64,000 nucleotides of DNA. It comes from Methanobacteriota archaeon (GTDB lineage: Archaea > Thermoplasmatota > Thermoplasmata > SG8-5 > JAGLSY01). The DNA lies in NCBI GenBank assembly GCA_020696385.1, contig JAEHCQ010000001.1, positions 640,001 to 704,000 of the forward strand, in the 5' to 3' direction. The notes below the pieces were generated by a model. The model did no database searches and had not been told where the DNA came from. It saw nothing but the letters and a program-made list of their open reading frames with translations. A program made the translations under genes and the position numbers. This document shows positions 1-9,231 of the stretch, piece after piece. The number at the start of each line of letters is the position of its first letter. Positions within the stretch are counted from its first letter, which is position 1.

Positions 1-2
1 AA

Positions 3-1316
3 GGCCTGGTCCTTGCCATAGTCGGCAAGTATCAAGAAGCTCTCAAATGTCACCTTAAAGCTCTGGAGCTGGACAGTGTGTATATCGATGCCATTTCAAA
101 TATTGGAATGATATATGCCAAGATGAAGAATTTTGATGAGGCGATGGAATATTACGATGCCGCACTGGATCTCCGGCCAGATCATGAGGCTGCATGGAAC
201 AATAAAGGCAATCTGCTGGCCAAGATGGATAAGCATAAAGAATCCATAAAATGCTACAGAAAAGCCCTGGAGATCGATCCAGGATATGTGGCCGCGATGA
301 ATAATCTGGCTGTATCATTGACACATATCAAGGATTATTCAGGAGCGATCGAGCTGATAAACAGCGTGCTCAAAGAAAGACCGACCTTTGCGGAAGGCTG
401 GTATATCAAAGGGAAGGCCCTGATAGGTCAGAAAGAATTTGGTAAGGCCATCATATGCCTGGAGAGAGCACATCGACTCAATCCTGATTTTGTCAAGGCC
501 GAGAAGGCACTCAATATTTTGAAGAAAAGTTTGGCAGATGATGATAGGCCAAGCAAAACGAAGACAAAGAAGAAAAAATCAAAGCCAAAGGATGTCCAAG
601 AGAAGATGGAAGCCGATCTGCAAGAACTCAGCTCGGAAATGGAGATAATTGAGAGTGAATATGATCATATATCAGATCATCTCAATGAGAGCCAGCAGAA
701 ACTTTTCGAGGCCATAGGGGACGATCCAGTCTCGAGATCCGACATCAAAAAGAGTGCTGGTGATATGTCTGAATCCACCCTCCAGAGAGGTTTGAAAGAT
801 CTGGAAGAGAGAGGGATGGTGCAAAAGGAGAAGAGAGGAAGATTCGTCTACTATTTCAGAAGCGAGACACTGGGTGCCATGGATGATGAGATCATCGAAC
901 TGGATGAATCAGATACTGGCAAGAAGAAAAAGAAGAAATTGTCAGAGCCAAAGGATTTCAGTGGCCTTGTCAGCAGGGCGAAATCACTGGCCAAAAAAGA
1001 CAGGCATGTCGATGCCCTGTCTTACTACAAGAAGGCCTTGAAGATCAATCCATATGATGAGATGACCCTTTGCCTGAAGGCTCAATCGCATTATGAATTG
1101 GGAGAGGGGGACAAGGCCATGAGCTCCGTGTCCGAGGTCCTGAGATCGAAACCCAATTCCCTACCAGCGTGGTTCACATTGGCCAATGGCTCATTCCAAT
1201 TGGAAAATTGGCAGGATGCTGCTGATTGTTATGGGAAGATATTGGAGATCTCCCCGGGCAATGCGGATGCTGAGGAAAAGATCGAGATATGCCAAAGAAA
1301 GTTAGGCGAGGAATAG
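3..1316 (+). CDS. TPR protein with a central winged-helix DNA-binding-like domain (5' partial)
   Basis: The frame is open from base 3 (GLVLAIVGKYQEALKCHLKALELD...), so the gene starts before the window. TPR motifs (AWNNKGNLL, YYKKALKINP) flank a wHTH-like segment, SRSDIKKSAGDMSESTLQRGLKDLEERGMVQKEKRGRFVYY. Confidence 0.8.
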   Translation, partial: GLVLAIVGKYQEALKCHLKALELDSVYIDAISNIGMIYAKMKNFDEAMEYYDAALDLRPDHEAAWNNKGNLLAKMDKHKESIKCYRKALEIDPGYVAAMNNLAVSLTHIKDYSGAIELINSVLKERPTFAEGWYIKGKALIGQKEFGKAIICLERAHRLNPDFVKAEKALNILKKSLADDDRPSKTKTKKKKSKPKDVQEKMEADLQELSSEMEIIESEYDHISDHLNESQQKLFEAIGDDPVSRSDIKKSAGDMSESTLQRGLKDLEERGMVQKEKRGRFVYYFRSETLGAMDDEIIELDESDTGKKKKKKLSEPKDFSGLVSRAKSLAKKDRHVDALSYYKKALKINPYDEMTLCLKAQSHYELGEGDKAMSSVSEVLRSKPNSLPAWFTLANGSFQLENWQDAADCYGKILEISPGNADAEEKIEICQRKLGEE

Positions 1317-1317
1317 G

Positions 1318-2565
1318 ATGGATAAGAAACAACTATCCTCGATGATGTTTGTTATTGTTCTCATTATTGGAAGTATGTTCAGTTTCATGCTTATAAATTC
1401 ACAATTATTTCAGGATAAATGGGTGTATGAACAGGTCGACACTTCAGAGCTGGTTGGAGAATACACATCGATAGCCCTGGATGAGAATGGAGATCCTCAC
1501 ATAAGCTATCGTGATAAACAAATGGGAAACCTGAAGCATGCTTGGCTTGATGGAGACGCCTGGAATTTCGAAACAGTAGATGATTCCGGCATGGTGGAAG
1601 AGCACACGAAGATGATCATCGATGATGAAAATATCCCCCACATTTGGTATAATCGATTCAATGGCACATATCATGCATACAAGGTAAATGATGCCTGGAC
1701 AATAGCCAAATATGGGGACTTCAAGATGCCAGAAGAGCACATCATATCTGAAGATGGGGATATGCATTACTTCAGCAGTGAGTGGAATTATGGGCCGGAA
1801 CCCATATTAAAATATGTTACAATAAGTGATGATTCCACATATTCTGAGACAATAGAGAATTCCTACAGTTCCTACAATATGCGCTACTTTACATATGCTC
1901 CAGATGGGGAATATATACATCTGGCCTATCAAATGACCGATATATATGCATTTGAGACAGATCCATTAAATTATTCAAAATTAATATATGGAGAATTCGA
2001 TGGTAGCGAATGGAACTTTGAGATGATCAACAGATCGGACTATTGGAATAGAACTGGCCTATACTCCGACATGATTCTTGATAGTGATGGAGAACCGCAC
2101 ATATTCTACTATCATGAGGGATTGAAACACGCATATATTGAAAACAATGATTGGAAAATAGAATCAATATACGAAAGTTATCTTGATCAAGCGGAGTATG
2201 TGGAGGGGGGTTATGGTATATCGGCTGTTCTGGATTCGAATGACGAGCCTCATGTGGTGTTCTATGATGGTAATGATAGGATTCTGAGAATGGCCGAGAA
2301 AGTGGACGGGGAGTGGATCGTGCATGTCATTGATGAAAATAGCCAAGTTGGAAGGTTCAATTCCATTGCTATCGACTCGGAGGACAATATCCACATAAGT
2401 TATCTGGATGATGACAATGGTTCATTGAAATACGCGAAGGGAACATATGATGGGGATTTCACCTTGCTCTTTATGGCCATATCCGCTCTCATAGTCGCTG
2501 TATTCATCTGGATATTGATTTCCATATCCAGAAGAAAAGACGAGAAGAACAAACTGCCAGAGTAG
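1318..2565 (+). CDS. Membrane-anchored extracellular beta-propeller-like protein
   Basis: N-terminal signal/TM segment and a C-terminal TM followed by RRK. Repeated blades of the form GxYTSIALDxxGxPHISY...LKHA. Confidence 0.7.
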   Translation: MDKKQLSSMMFVIVLIIGSMFSFMLINSQLFQDKWVYEQVDTSELVGEYTSIALDENGDPHISYRDKQMGNLKHAWLDGDAWNFETVDDSGMVEEHTKMIIDDENIPHIWYNRFNGTYHAYKVNDAWTIAKYGDFKMPEEHIISEDGDMHYFSSEWNYGPEPILKYVTISDDSTYSETIENSYSSYNMRYFTYAPDGEYIHLAYQMTDIYAFETDPLNYSKLIYGEFDGSEWNFEMINRSDYWNRTGLYSDMILDSDGEPHIFYYHEGLKHAYIENNDWKIESIYESYLDQAEYVEGGYGISAVLDSNDEPHVVFYDGNDRILRMAEKVDGEWIVHVIDENSQVGRFNSIAIDSEDNIHISYLDDDNGSLKYAKGTYDGDFTLLFMAISALIVAVFIWILISISRRKDEKNKLPE

Positions 2566-2642
2566 ATTGGGTTGAACATCAATACCTTGATATTGCATTA
2601 CTTATTTCTATACCTAGTCTTATATTGTGGCGGGGTAGGTAT

Positions 2643-3833
2643 ATGGACATTGGAATCGTAGGAAAACCAAATGTAGGCAAATCAACCATGTTCTCAGCAT
2701 TGACACTGGCTAATGCGGAGATCGCTAACTATCCTTTTACAACTGTCGAGCCCAATGTGGGTGTGGCTTATGTTCGGGGGAAATGCCCATGCCAGGAATT
2801 TGAAGTGGCTTGTACACCGAGAAATTCCGAGTGTGAAGGTGGTACCAGGCTGATACCTATCAAGGCCATTGATGTCGCTGGCCTCGTTCCAGGTGCCTGG
2901 GAAGGCAAGGGTATGGGGAACCAGTTCCTGGATGACTTGAGGCAGGCGAGTGTTCTAATTCATATTATCGATGCCAGTGGTGGCACGCTCATAGACGGCA
3001 CACCGTGTAAGATTGGTGAGCATGACCCAATAGATGATATTGAATTCTTAGAGAAAGAGATAATCTATTGGATACGCAATATAATCATGAAGGACTGGAA
3101 GAAGATCAGCAGACAGAGCGTGCTGGTCGGTATCAAGATAGAAAAAGCACTTCATGACAGACTCGCTGGTCTGGCCATATCCGAGATCCAGATAACCAGA
3201 GCATTGCGTGCCGCTGGTCTGGAAGGAAATCCAGATAAATGGAGTGATGACGAGATCCTTAAGCTCGCTGCAGAGATCCAGAAGTCGGGGAAACCAATAA
3301 TCATCGCTGCCAATAAATGCGATATCGCCCCCGATGAGAATATTAAGAAACTCAGGGAGCTGGAAGATAGGACCATTATCATGATATCCGCGGAATATGA
3401 ACTGGCCCTACGAAGGGCGGGCGGATCTGGCCTTATAGATTATGTTCCCGGAGACTCATATTTCAAGATCGTGGATGATTCCAAATTATCCAGTGGGCAG
3501 ATAGCTGGCCTTAAGAAGATCGAGGAATTCATGGCCAAGTTCGATGGAACCGGAGTGCAGCCATGTTTGGAGAAGGCTATATTCGACATTCTGGACCTCA
3601 TTTACGTCTATCCAGTAGAGGATGAGAGCAAACTGACAGATAAAGAAGGTCGAGTTCTCCCGGATGTGCATCTGATGCCGAAAGGCAGTAATGCGAAGGA
3701 TCTGGCATACAAGGTCCACACGGATCTTGGCGATAAGTTCATCAGAGCGATAGATGCTAGGACGAAGAGGGTGATCGGTCAGGATCATGAATTGAGCAAT
3801 TGTGACGTTATCACGATTGTCAGCGGGAGGTAG
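2643..3833 (+). CDS. ychF: Obg-family YchF/OLA1-type NTPase
   Basis: GIVGKPNVGKST, NYPFTT, DVAGLVPGA, NKCD and a C-terminal TGS domain (VHTDLG). Confidence 0.92.
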   Translation: MDIGIVGKPNVGKSTMFSALTLANAEIANYPFTTVEPNVGVAYVRGKCPCQEFEVACTPRNSECEGGTRLIPIKAIDVAGLVPGAWEGKGMGNQFLDDLRQASVLIHIIDASGGTLIDGTPCKIGEHDPIDDIEFLEKEIIYWIRNIIMKDWKKISRQSVLVGIKIEKALHDRLAGLAISEIQITRALRAAGLEGNPDKWSDDEILKLAAEIQKSGKPIIIAANKCDIAPDENIKKLRELEDRTIIMISAEYELALRRAGGSGLIDYVPGDSYFKIVDDSKLSSGQIAGLKKIEEFMAKFDGTGVQPCLEKAIFDILDLIYVYPVEDESKLTDKEGRVLPDVHLMPKGSNAKDLAYKVHTDLGDKFIRAIDARTKRVIGQDHELSNCDVITIVSGR

Positions 3834-3841
3834 GGGACCGC

Positions 3842-6769
3842 ATGTCCCCCGCTTACCCGGAAAGAATAGAAATGATGGGAAGAGAGGATGAAATAAGCAT
3901 CCTTGATAAACATCTATCAAATGCCAGGGATTCAAAGGGATCCGCAGTCTTCCTAACTGGCATTACCGGAATTGGAAAGTCCGTGCTCGTGGATCATTTT
4001 TTGGAAAGCCAGAATACAGACGATATCGAGATAATAAAAGCCTATTCCGGAATAGGGGAGTACAAGCCTTTCAATGTATTCGCCACTGCTTTTGAGGATC
4101 ATCTGTCCGAGCCTTTATTTCGCCCTAAGGACCATGTATCATTTTCCAAGGTATTCGCGATAGACCGTTCAGGTCTATTACTAGCCGAATCCTCGGTGGG
4201 GATGGAGGGGGAGATGGATGCCGATATCTTTGCCGGCATGCTGTCCGCTGTGCAGGATTTCGTCAGGGATTCACTGGACACCTCCATGGATAAGAAGAGC
4301 AGTATCAAGAAGATGGAATATGGAGATATGAGCATACTCATAGAGAACGGAGAGCGAATATTCCTGACCGCGACCTACAAGGGAAAAGGACACCCGGATA
4401 TGAACAGGGTGATGAAAAGTATGATCGGTGAGATCGAGTCAGAGCATGAACATCTGCTCTCTTCATGGAGTGGGAAGATGCAGGATATCGAACCCATCCA
4501 GGAGTATGTGGACAGGCTTTCGTCCATTGGTTTCAAAGTTAGACAGGACGTTGAAGGGTCCACCCTGGAGAAAGAGAGAGTGAGGGTGTCGGATCATCTA
4601 CTTAACAAACTTATACAATTATCAAGAGAAAGAACAGTCGTACTGGCGATAGATAATATTCATCTGGCTGATGAGTCATCGCAATTCGTAATAGATTATA
4701 TTGCGAGAAATATCGATGACAAGAAAATACTGATGCTTTGCTCGGTGAAGCCAGATGCTGAAGGGGGACTTCAGGAACTGATAAAAGGAACGGTGGAGGG
4801 GTCTCGCATGCTTCTACCAGTACTCGAACTGGAGACCAAATATATTGTGAAGATAATCGATAGAATGTTCCCGGACAATGATTTTCCAGATAAGTTCATC
4901 GATCGCATCTGCTCGGAAACAGAGGGGCATCCTCTTTTCCTTATCGAGACACTGGAGTCCATGATCAGGGACAATTGCATAATCGATGAGGGAGGAGGAG
5001 CCAAGCTCGTGAATCAGGATTATAGTCCACCGGATTCTTTGGAATCCATAGTCTTCAGTAGATTGGATCATTTGGATTCCAATGCATTGAGCATGGCGGA
5101 ATTCCTATCATGCATCGGCCAGAGATTCAATATTATCGCCACTGGATCTTTGGAATTTATAAAGGGATCTGACAAGACCATGGATGAACTGGCCAGATCA
5201 GGTCTTATCATAAGTGATGATATCTCCGGAGAATTTGCCAGAACGATGTTCAGGGAAGTGATATACAGTGGCATCGACCAGAGATGGAAAATGAAGTATC
5301 ACAAGATCCTGGGTGAATATTTTGAAGGGGTCTATTGGAACGAACTTGATGATACGGTATACGAAGTGGCTCATCATTATTCGAAGACGAAAGAATACTC
5401 GAAGATCTTTGAATATTCTCTTCGAGGCGGGGAACTGGCCGAAAGCTCCTTCTCACCAAAATTAGCCATAAACCTATATGCTGGGGCTTTGGATTCCCTG
5501 AACAATATCAGATCTGGAGATATTCATGAAAATAGGGTGGAATTGAATGAAAGGCTCGGTGATAATCATACCATAATTGGCAATTTTGATGAAGCTTTGG
5601 CTTGTTATTCAGAGATCTTGAAGGTGTCTGAGGACTACAAAAAGAAAGCCAATGCCTACTATAAAATTGCGATCGTGCATGAGAAAATGGGAGATTATGA
5701 AGAAAGCAAAAAAGTCTGCCAGTCGGGCCTTGAGATTATGAAGGATGATATGAACATAGAGACCACGAGGCTGAAAAGGATGATCGGCCTCGCCCACATG
5801 AGGACGGGGGATTATGAGGGGTCGCTCGAAATCATAAAGGATGTACACAATTTGGCTGTAAAACTTGATAGCCAGACTGACATCGCTCAGGCCACCCACG
5901 ATATGGGATTGATATCATGGTTCAGGGGAGATTATGATGAAGCTTTGGCTTCCTTCAATGAGGCCATATCCGTGAGGGATAAGATAGGGGATATTGTAGG
6001 AAGGGGCAATTCACTGAACAATATCGCGGTCATCTATATGGAAAGAGGAGAGAACAACCGGGCACTGGATATCTTCAAAGAATGCCTGGCCATTGATGAA
6101 AAAAGAGAGGATATCCATAGCCGGGCGGGAACCCTTGATAATATGGGAACCATATACCACACATTGGGAGATCTGGAACTATCAAAGAAATACCATGAAG
6201 AAAGCCTTGAGATATTGAAGAGAATCGGAGACAAGAGCGGCTATTCCTGGTCCCTTGGTAGCATGGCGTACGTATTCCAGAGTTTGGAGGAATACGATAT
6301 GTCATTCTATTATCATAATAAAAGCATTGAATTGTGTAATGAGATAGGTGATAAGCAATTGCTGATCCACAATTATTATGGAATGGCTGACACCTTCATA
6401 GACATGGGAGAATGTGAAGAAGCCCTGAAGTATGCTGGAATGGCTCTGGACCTATCCATCGAACTGGGAGCCAAAAGAGATGAAGGAGTGTGTTACATGA
6501 TCCAGGGGATGGCATACAGGGATATGGGAGATATCGAGAAGGCCGAAGCTTTGTTGGAAAAGTCCAATATATTGATAAACGAAGTGGGTGATGACAGCCT
6601 ACTGGGTATGCTTATTTTCGAGATGGGAGTGATGCAGAAGATAAAGGGAAATACAGAGGAGGCAAGAGCCCTTATCACGAAGGCAAACAAGATCTTCAGC
6701 AAGGCTAGTATGAACACATGGACTGAAAAGACTAAAAAGGCCTTGATAGATATGGGAGAAGGTACATGA
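3842..6769 (+). CDS. STAND-like (AAA_16) NTPase with longin-like insert and C-terminal TPRs
   Basis: GREDE, Walker A GITGIGKS, Walker B VLAIDNIHLADESS, GHPLF, insert motif DADIFAGMLSAVQDFVRDS and TPR repeats. Confidence 0.85.
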   Translation: MSPAYPERIEMMGREDEISILDKHLSNARDSKGSAVFLTGITGIGKSVLVDHFLESQNTDDIEIIKAYSGIGEYKPFNVFATAFEDHLSEPLFRPKDHVSFSKVFAIDRSGLLLAESSVGMEGEMDADIFAGMLSAVQDFVRDSLDTSMDKKSSIKKMEYGDMSILIENGERIFLTATYKGKGHPDMNRVMKSMIGEIESEHEHLLSSWSGKMQDIEPIQEYVDRLSSIGFKVRQDVEGSTLEKERVRVSDHLLNKLIQLSRERTVVLAIDNIHLADESSQFVIDYIARNIDDKKILMLCSVKPDAEGGLQELIKGTVEGSRMLLPVLELETKYIVKIIDRMFPDNDFPDKFIDRICSETEGHPLFLIETLESMIRDNCIIDEGGGAKLVNQDYSPPDSLESIVFSRLDHLDSNALSMAEFLSCIGQRFNIIATGSLEFIKGSDKTMDELARSGLIISDDISGEFARTMFREVIYSGIDQRWKMKYHKILGEYFEGVYWNELDDTVYEVAHHYSKTKEYSKIFEYSLRGGELAESSFSPKLAINLYAGALDSLNNIRSGDIHENRVELNERLGDNHTIIGNFDEALACYSEILKVSEDYKKKANAYYKIAIVHEKMGDYEESKKVCQSGLEIMKDDMNIETTRLKRMIGLAHMRTGDYEGSLEIIKDVHNLAVKLDSQTDIAQATHDMGLISWFRGDYDEALASFNEAISVRDKIGDIVGRGNSLNNIAVIYMERGENNRALDIFKECLAIDEKREDIHSRAGTLDNMGTIYHTLGDLELSKKYHEESLEILKRIGDKSGYSWSLGSMAYVFQSLEEYDMSFYYHNKSIELCNEIGDKQLLIHNYYGMADTFIDMGECEEALKYAGMALDLSIELGAKRDEGVCYMIQGMAYRDMGDIEKAEALLEKSNILINEVGDDSLLGMLIFEMGVMQKIKGNTEEARALITKANKIFSKASMNTWTEKTKKALIDMGEGT

Positions 6770-9165
6770 CATCATGGAAAGTTAGATTATTAGCCGCCTC
6801 ATATTCAAGAAGGGACGATGTCACTGTTGAATTATTCGGCAGGACGGATACAGGTAAGTCCATCACTGTCAGGTATAATGGCTTCAAACCTTATTTTTAT
6901 CTGGTCGAGCCCACTGTTGGAGTACTATCTGGCCTGAGATCCGATGACGTGGTTTTGGATGTGGAAGATAATATCGAACTATTCTACAATGGTGGACAAA
7001 GAAGATGTGCCAAAGTGACTATAAAATATCCCTGGATGGTCCCGGATTACAGAAAAAAATATTTTCCACCAACCGTACTGGCAGCGGATATCCCCTTCCA
7101 TCACAGATTCATATATGATATGGATCTGGGAAGCTGCTTCGAAGTGGAAGGCAGTGAGGTGGAGACGAGCATGTACACCACGGATTTGGTGGTCGATGCT
7201 AAGGAATTCAAGGTCACTGAAATATTCAAGCCAGCACTCAAAATATTTAGTTTTGACATTGAGAACAGTATCGCGACCAAGGAGATCTACACCATATGTT
7301 ATTCCATATCCGCTACTGGAAGTTCAGATATCGTAAATTACAGCATCGTTGGTAATGAAAAGAGCATACTCCAAGACTTTGCAAATGTCATAAAAAGAGA
7401 GGATCCGGATATAATAACCGGATACAATATCGATGGGTATGACATCCCCATGGTCCTTGAAAGGGCTGAAAAGCACAAGGTGAAGGTTGACATTGGTAGG
7501 AACTTCAACGAATTAAGGGCCGTGGGAGGGCGATTCTGGCGTTTGAATGGCAGGATCATAGCCGACGCTTGGTGGAATGCTAAACAAGAGCTGAGGCCGA
7601 AGAAAGAGACCCTTAACGCGGTCGCTATGGAATATCTCGGAGAGAAAAAGCACGATGTCAATCCTATCAATATAGATCAGGAATGGGCGGATGACAAAGA
7701 TAAAGTTATCAAATACTGCAAGAAGGATGCGGAATTGGCCTTGAAGATTCTACAATACATTGCTGTTATAGAAAAAGGAATGGACCTTGCCACAGTGGCT
7801 AAACTTCCATTGGACGATGTGGTCAATGGTCGCACGTCCACACTGATAGATTCAATTTTGATAAGAGAGGCAGATCGGAACAAGATCGGAGTACCAGTGA
7901 CATCCGGGCATAAAAAGACCTCCAAGATAGAAGGAGGGTATGTCCACACCATCGATCCTGGATTGTATGAATGGGTGTGCGTGCTGGATTTCAAATCCAT
8001 GTATCCCAGCCTGATAATTGCCAAGAACATCTGCTTCACCACCCTTAGCCCTGAAGGCACGATAAAAAGCCCAGAGCCAGGGGTCAGCTACCTTGACAAG
8101 GGAACATATGAAGGATTACTACCCCAGGTTCTTGAAAAACTGATGGCGGAGAGGGATGATACAAAGATAAAATTGAAAAATGCCACCACGGAAGAGGAAA
8201 AACGATACTATGATGGATTGCAGTTTGCGATCAAGATACTCATGAACGCCTTCTATGGTGTGTTCGCATCCGCTTTTTACAGGTTCACCAATCCCAAGAT
8301 CGGAGCCAGTATAACCGGCTTCGCCAGGGAGAACACAAAGGGTATAATCAACCAACTGGAATCCGAAAATCTGAAAGTCGTTTATGGCGACACGGATTCC
8401 GTATTCTTCCAATCACCAGGCGACACAATGGATGAAGCTGTGAAGATCGGAAAATCAGTTGCCGAAAGATACTCTAAAGAAGGTGCGATACTGGAATTCG
8501 AAGGAATTTACCATCCGCTTTTCTCGCATGGGGCCAAGAAGCGATATGTGGGAAAAGTTATCTGGCCTGAAGAGAAAGTGGTTATTCGAGGCTATGAGAC
8601 CAGAAGAACAGATTCCTTCACACTTCAGAGTGAGGGATTGACCAAGGTTTTCGATCTCATATTGGCACAGGAAACCGATGCCGCAGTACGCCTGGCAAGG
8701 GATATTGTCACGGACACCCTCAATGAAAAAACACCTGTTCAGGATCTTGTAATATCGAGATCCTGCAAGGAATTCAGAGCTTACAAGGATCCGGATTCAC
8801 AAACAACAGTACAGACCGCGAAAAAGATGATGGCAATGGGCTTCGAGTTCGTTCCGGGAATGAAAGTATCCTGGATAGTGACGGATGGAAGTAGATCACC
8901 TATAGAGGCAGAACCTTTCATAGATGGCAAGGAATTCACCCACAAACCTGATTATAATTATTATGCAAGGAGAATGGCAATGACATTCTCCCGTATCACT
9001 GAGGTGTTTGGATGGGATATGAAGAGCCTGATGACCGGGAGCCAGCAGAAAACACTCTTCGGAGAGGGGGGCTTTGGTGATGGCGGTAGCGAGCCATCGG
9101 CCAAGAAGGAAAAGGTCGAGGTCAAAAAGACGGATAAGAAGCTGACACTGGACGACTTCTTATAA
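6766..9165 (+). CDS. polB: Family B DNA polymerase with 3'-5' exonuclease
   Basis: Exo I FDIE, Exo II GYNIDGYD, Exo III YCKKDA; polymerase motifs DFKSMYPS, KILMNAFYG and YGDTDS. The start overlaps the upstream stop (ATGA). Confidence 0.95.
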   Translation: MTSWKVRLLAASYSRRDDVTVELFGRTDTGKSITVRYNGFKPYFYLVEPTVGVLSGLRSDDVVLDVEDNIELFYNGGQRRCAKVTIKYPWMVPDYRKKYFPPTVLAADIPFHHRFIYDMDLGSCFEVEGSEVETSMYTTDLVVDAKEFKVTEIFKPALKIFSFDIENSIATKEIYTICYSISATGSSDIVNYSIVGNEKSILQDFANVIKREDPDIITGYNIDGYDIPMVLERAEKHKVKVDIGRNFNELRAVGGRFWRLNGRIIADAWWNAKQELRPKKETLNAVAMEYLGEKKHDVNPINIDQEWADDKDKVIKYCKKDAELALKILQYIAVIEKGMDLATVAKLPLDDVVNGRTSTLIDSILIREADRNKIGVPVTSGHKKTSKIEGGYVHTIDPGLYEWVCVLDFKSMYPSLIIAKNICFTTLSPEGTIKSPEPGVSYLDKGTYEGLLPQVLEKLMAERDDTKIKLKNATTEEEKRYYDGLQFAIKILMNAFYGVFASAFYRFTNPKIGASITGFARENTKGIINQLESENLKVVYGDTDSVFFQSPGDTMDEAVKIGKSVAERYSKEGAILEFEGIYHPLFSHGAKKRYVGKVIWPEEKVVIRGYETRRTDSFTLQSEGLTKVFDLILAQETDAAVRLARDIVTDTLNEKTPVQDLVISRSCKEFRAYKDPDSQTTVQTAKKMMAMGFEFVPGMKVSWIVTDGSRSPIEAEPFIDGKEFTHKPDYNYYARRMAMTFSRITEVFGWDMKSLMTGSQQKTLFGEGGFGDGGSEPSAKKEKVEVKKTDKKLTLDDFL

Positions 9166-9231
9166 ACACTGGGATATTCGTCAATGGATGACTTTTTGTA
9201 ATTGAGACAAAATAGAGACTGGGGAACATAT

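Noticed and set aside
6766-9165. Casposon or viral polymerase, or intein in polB/nrdJ
   Set aside because: It is a normal cellular-type PolB with no cas1, terminal repeats or capsid genes. Neither gene has extra length or splicing motifs.
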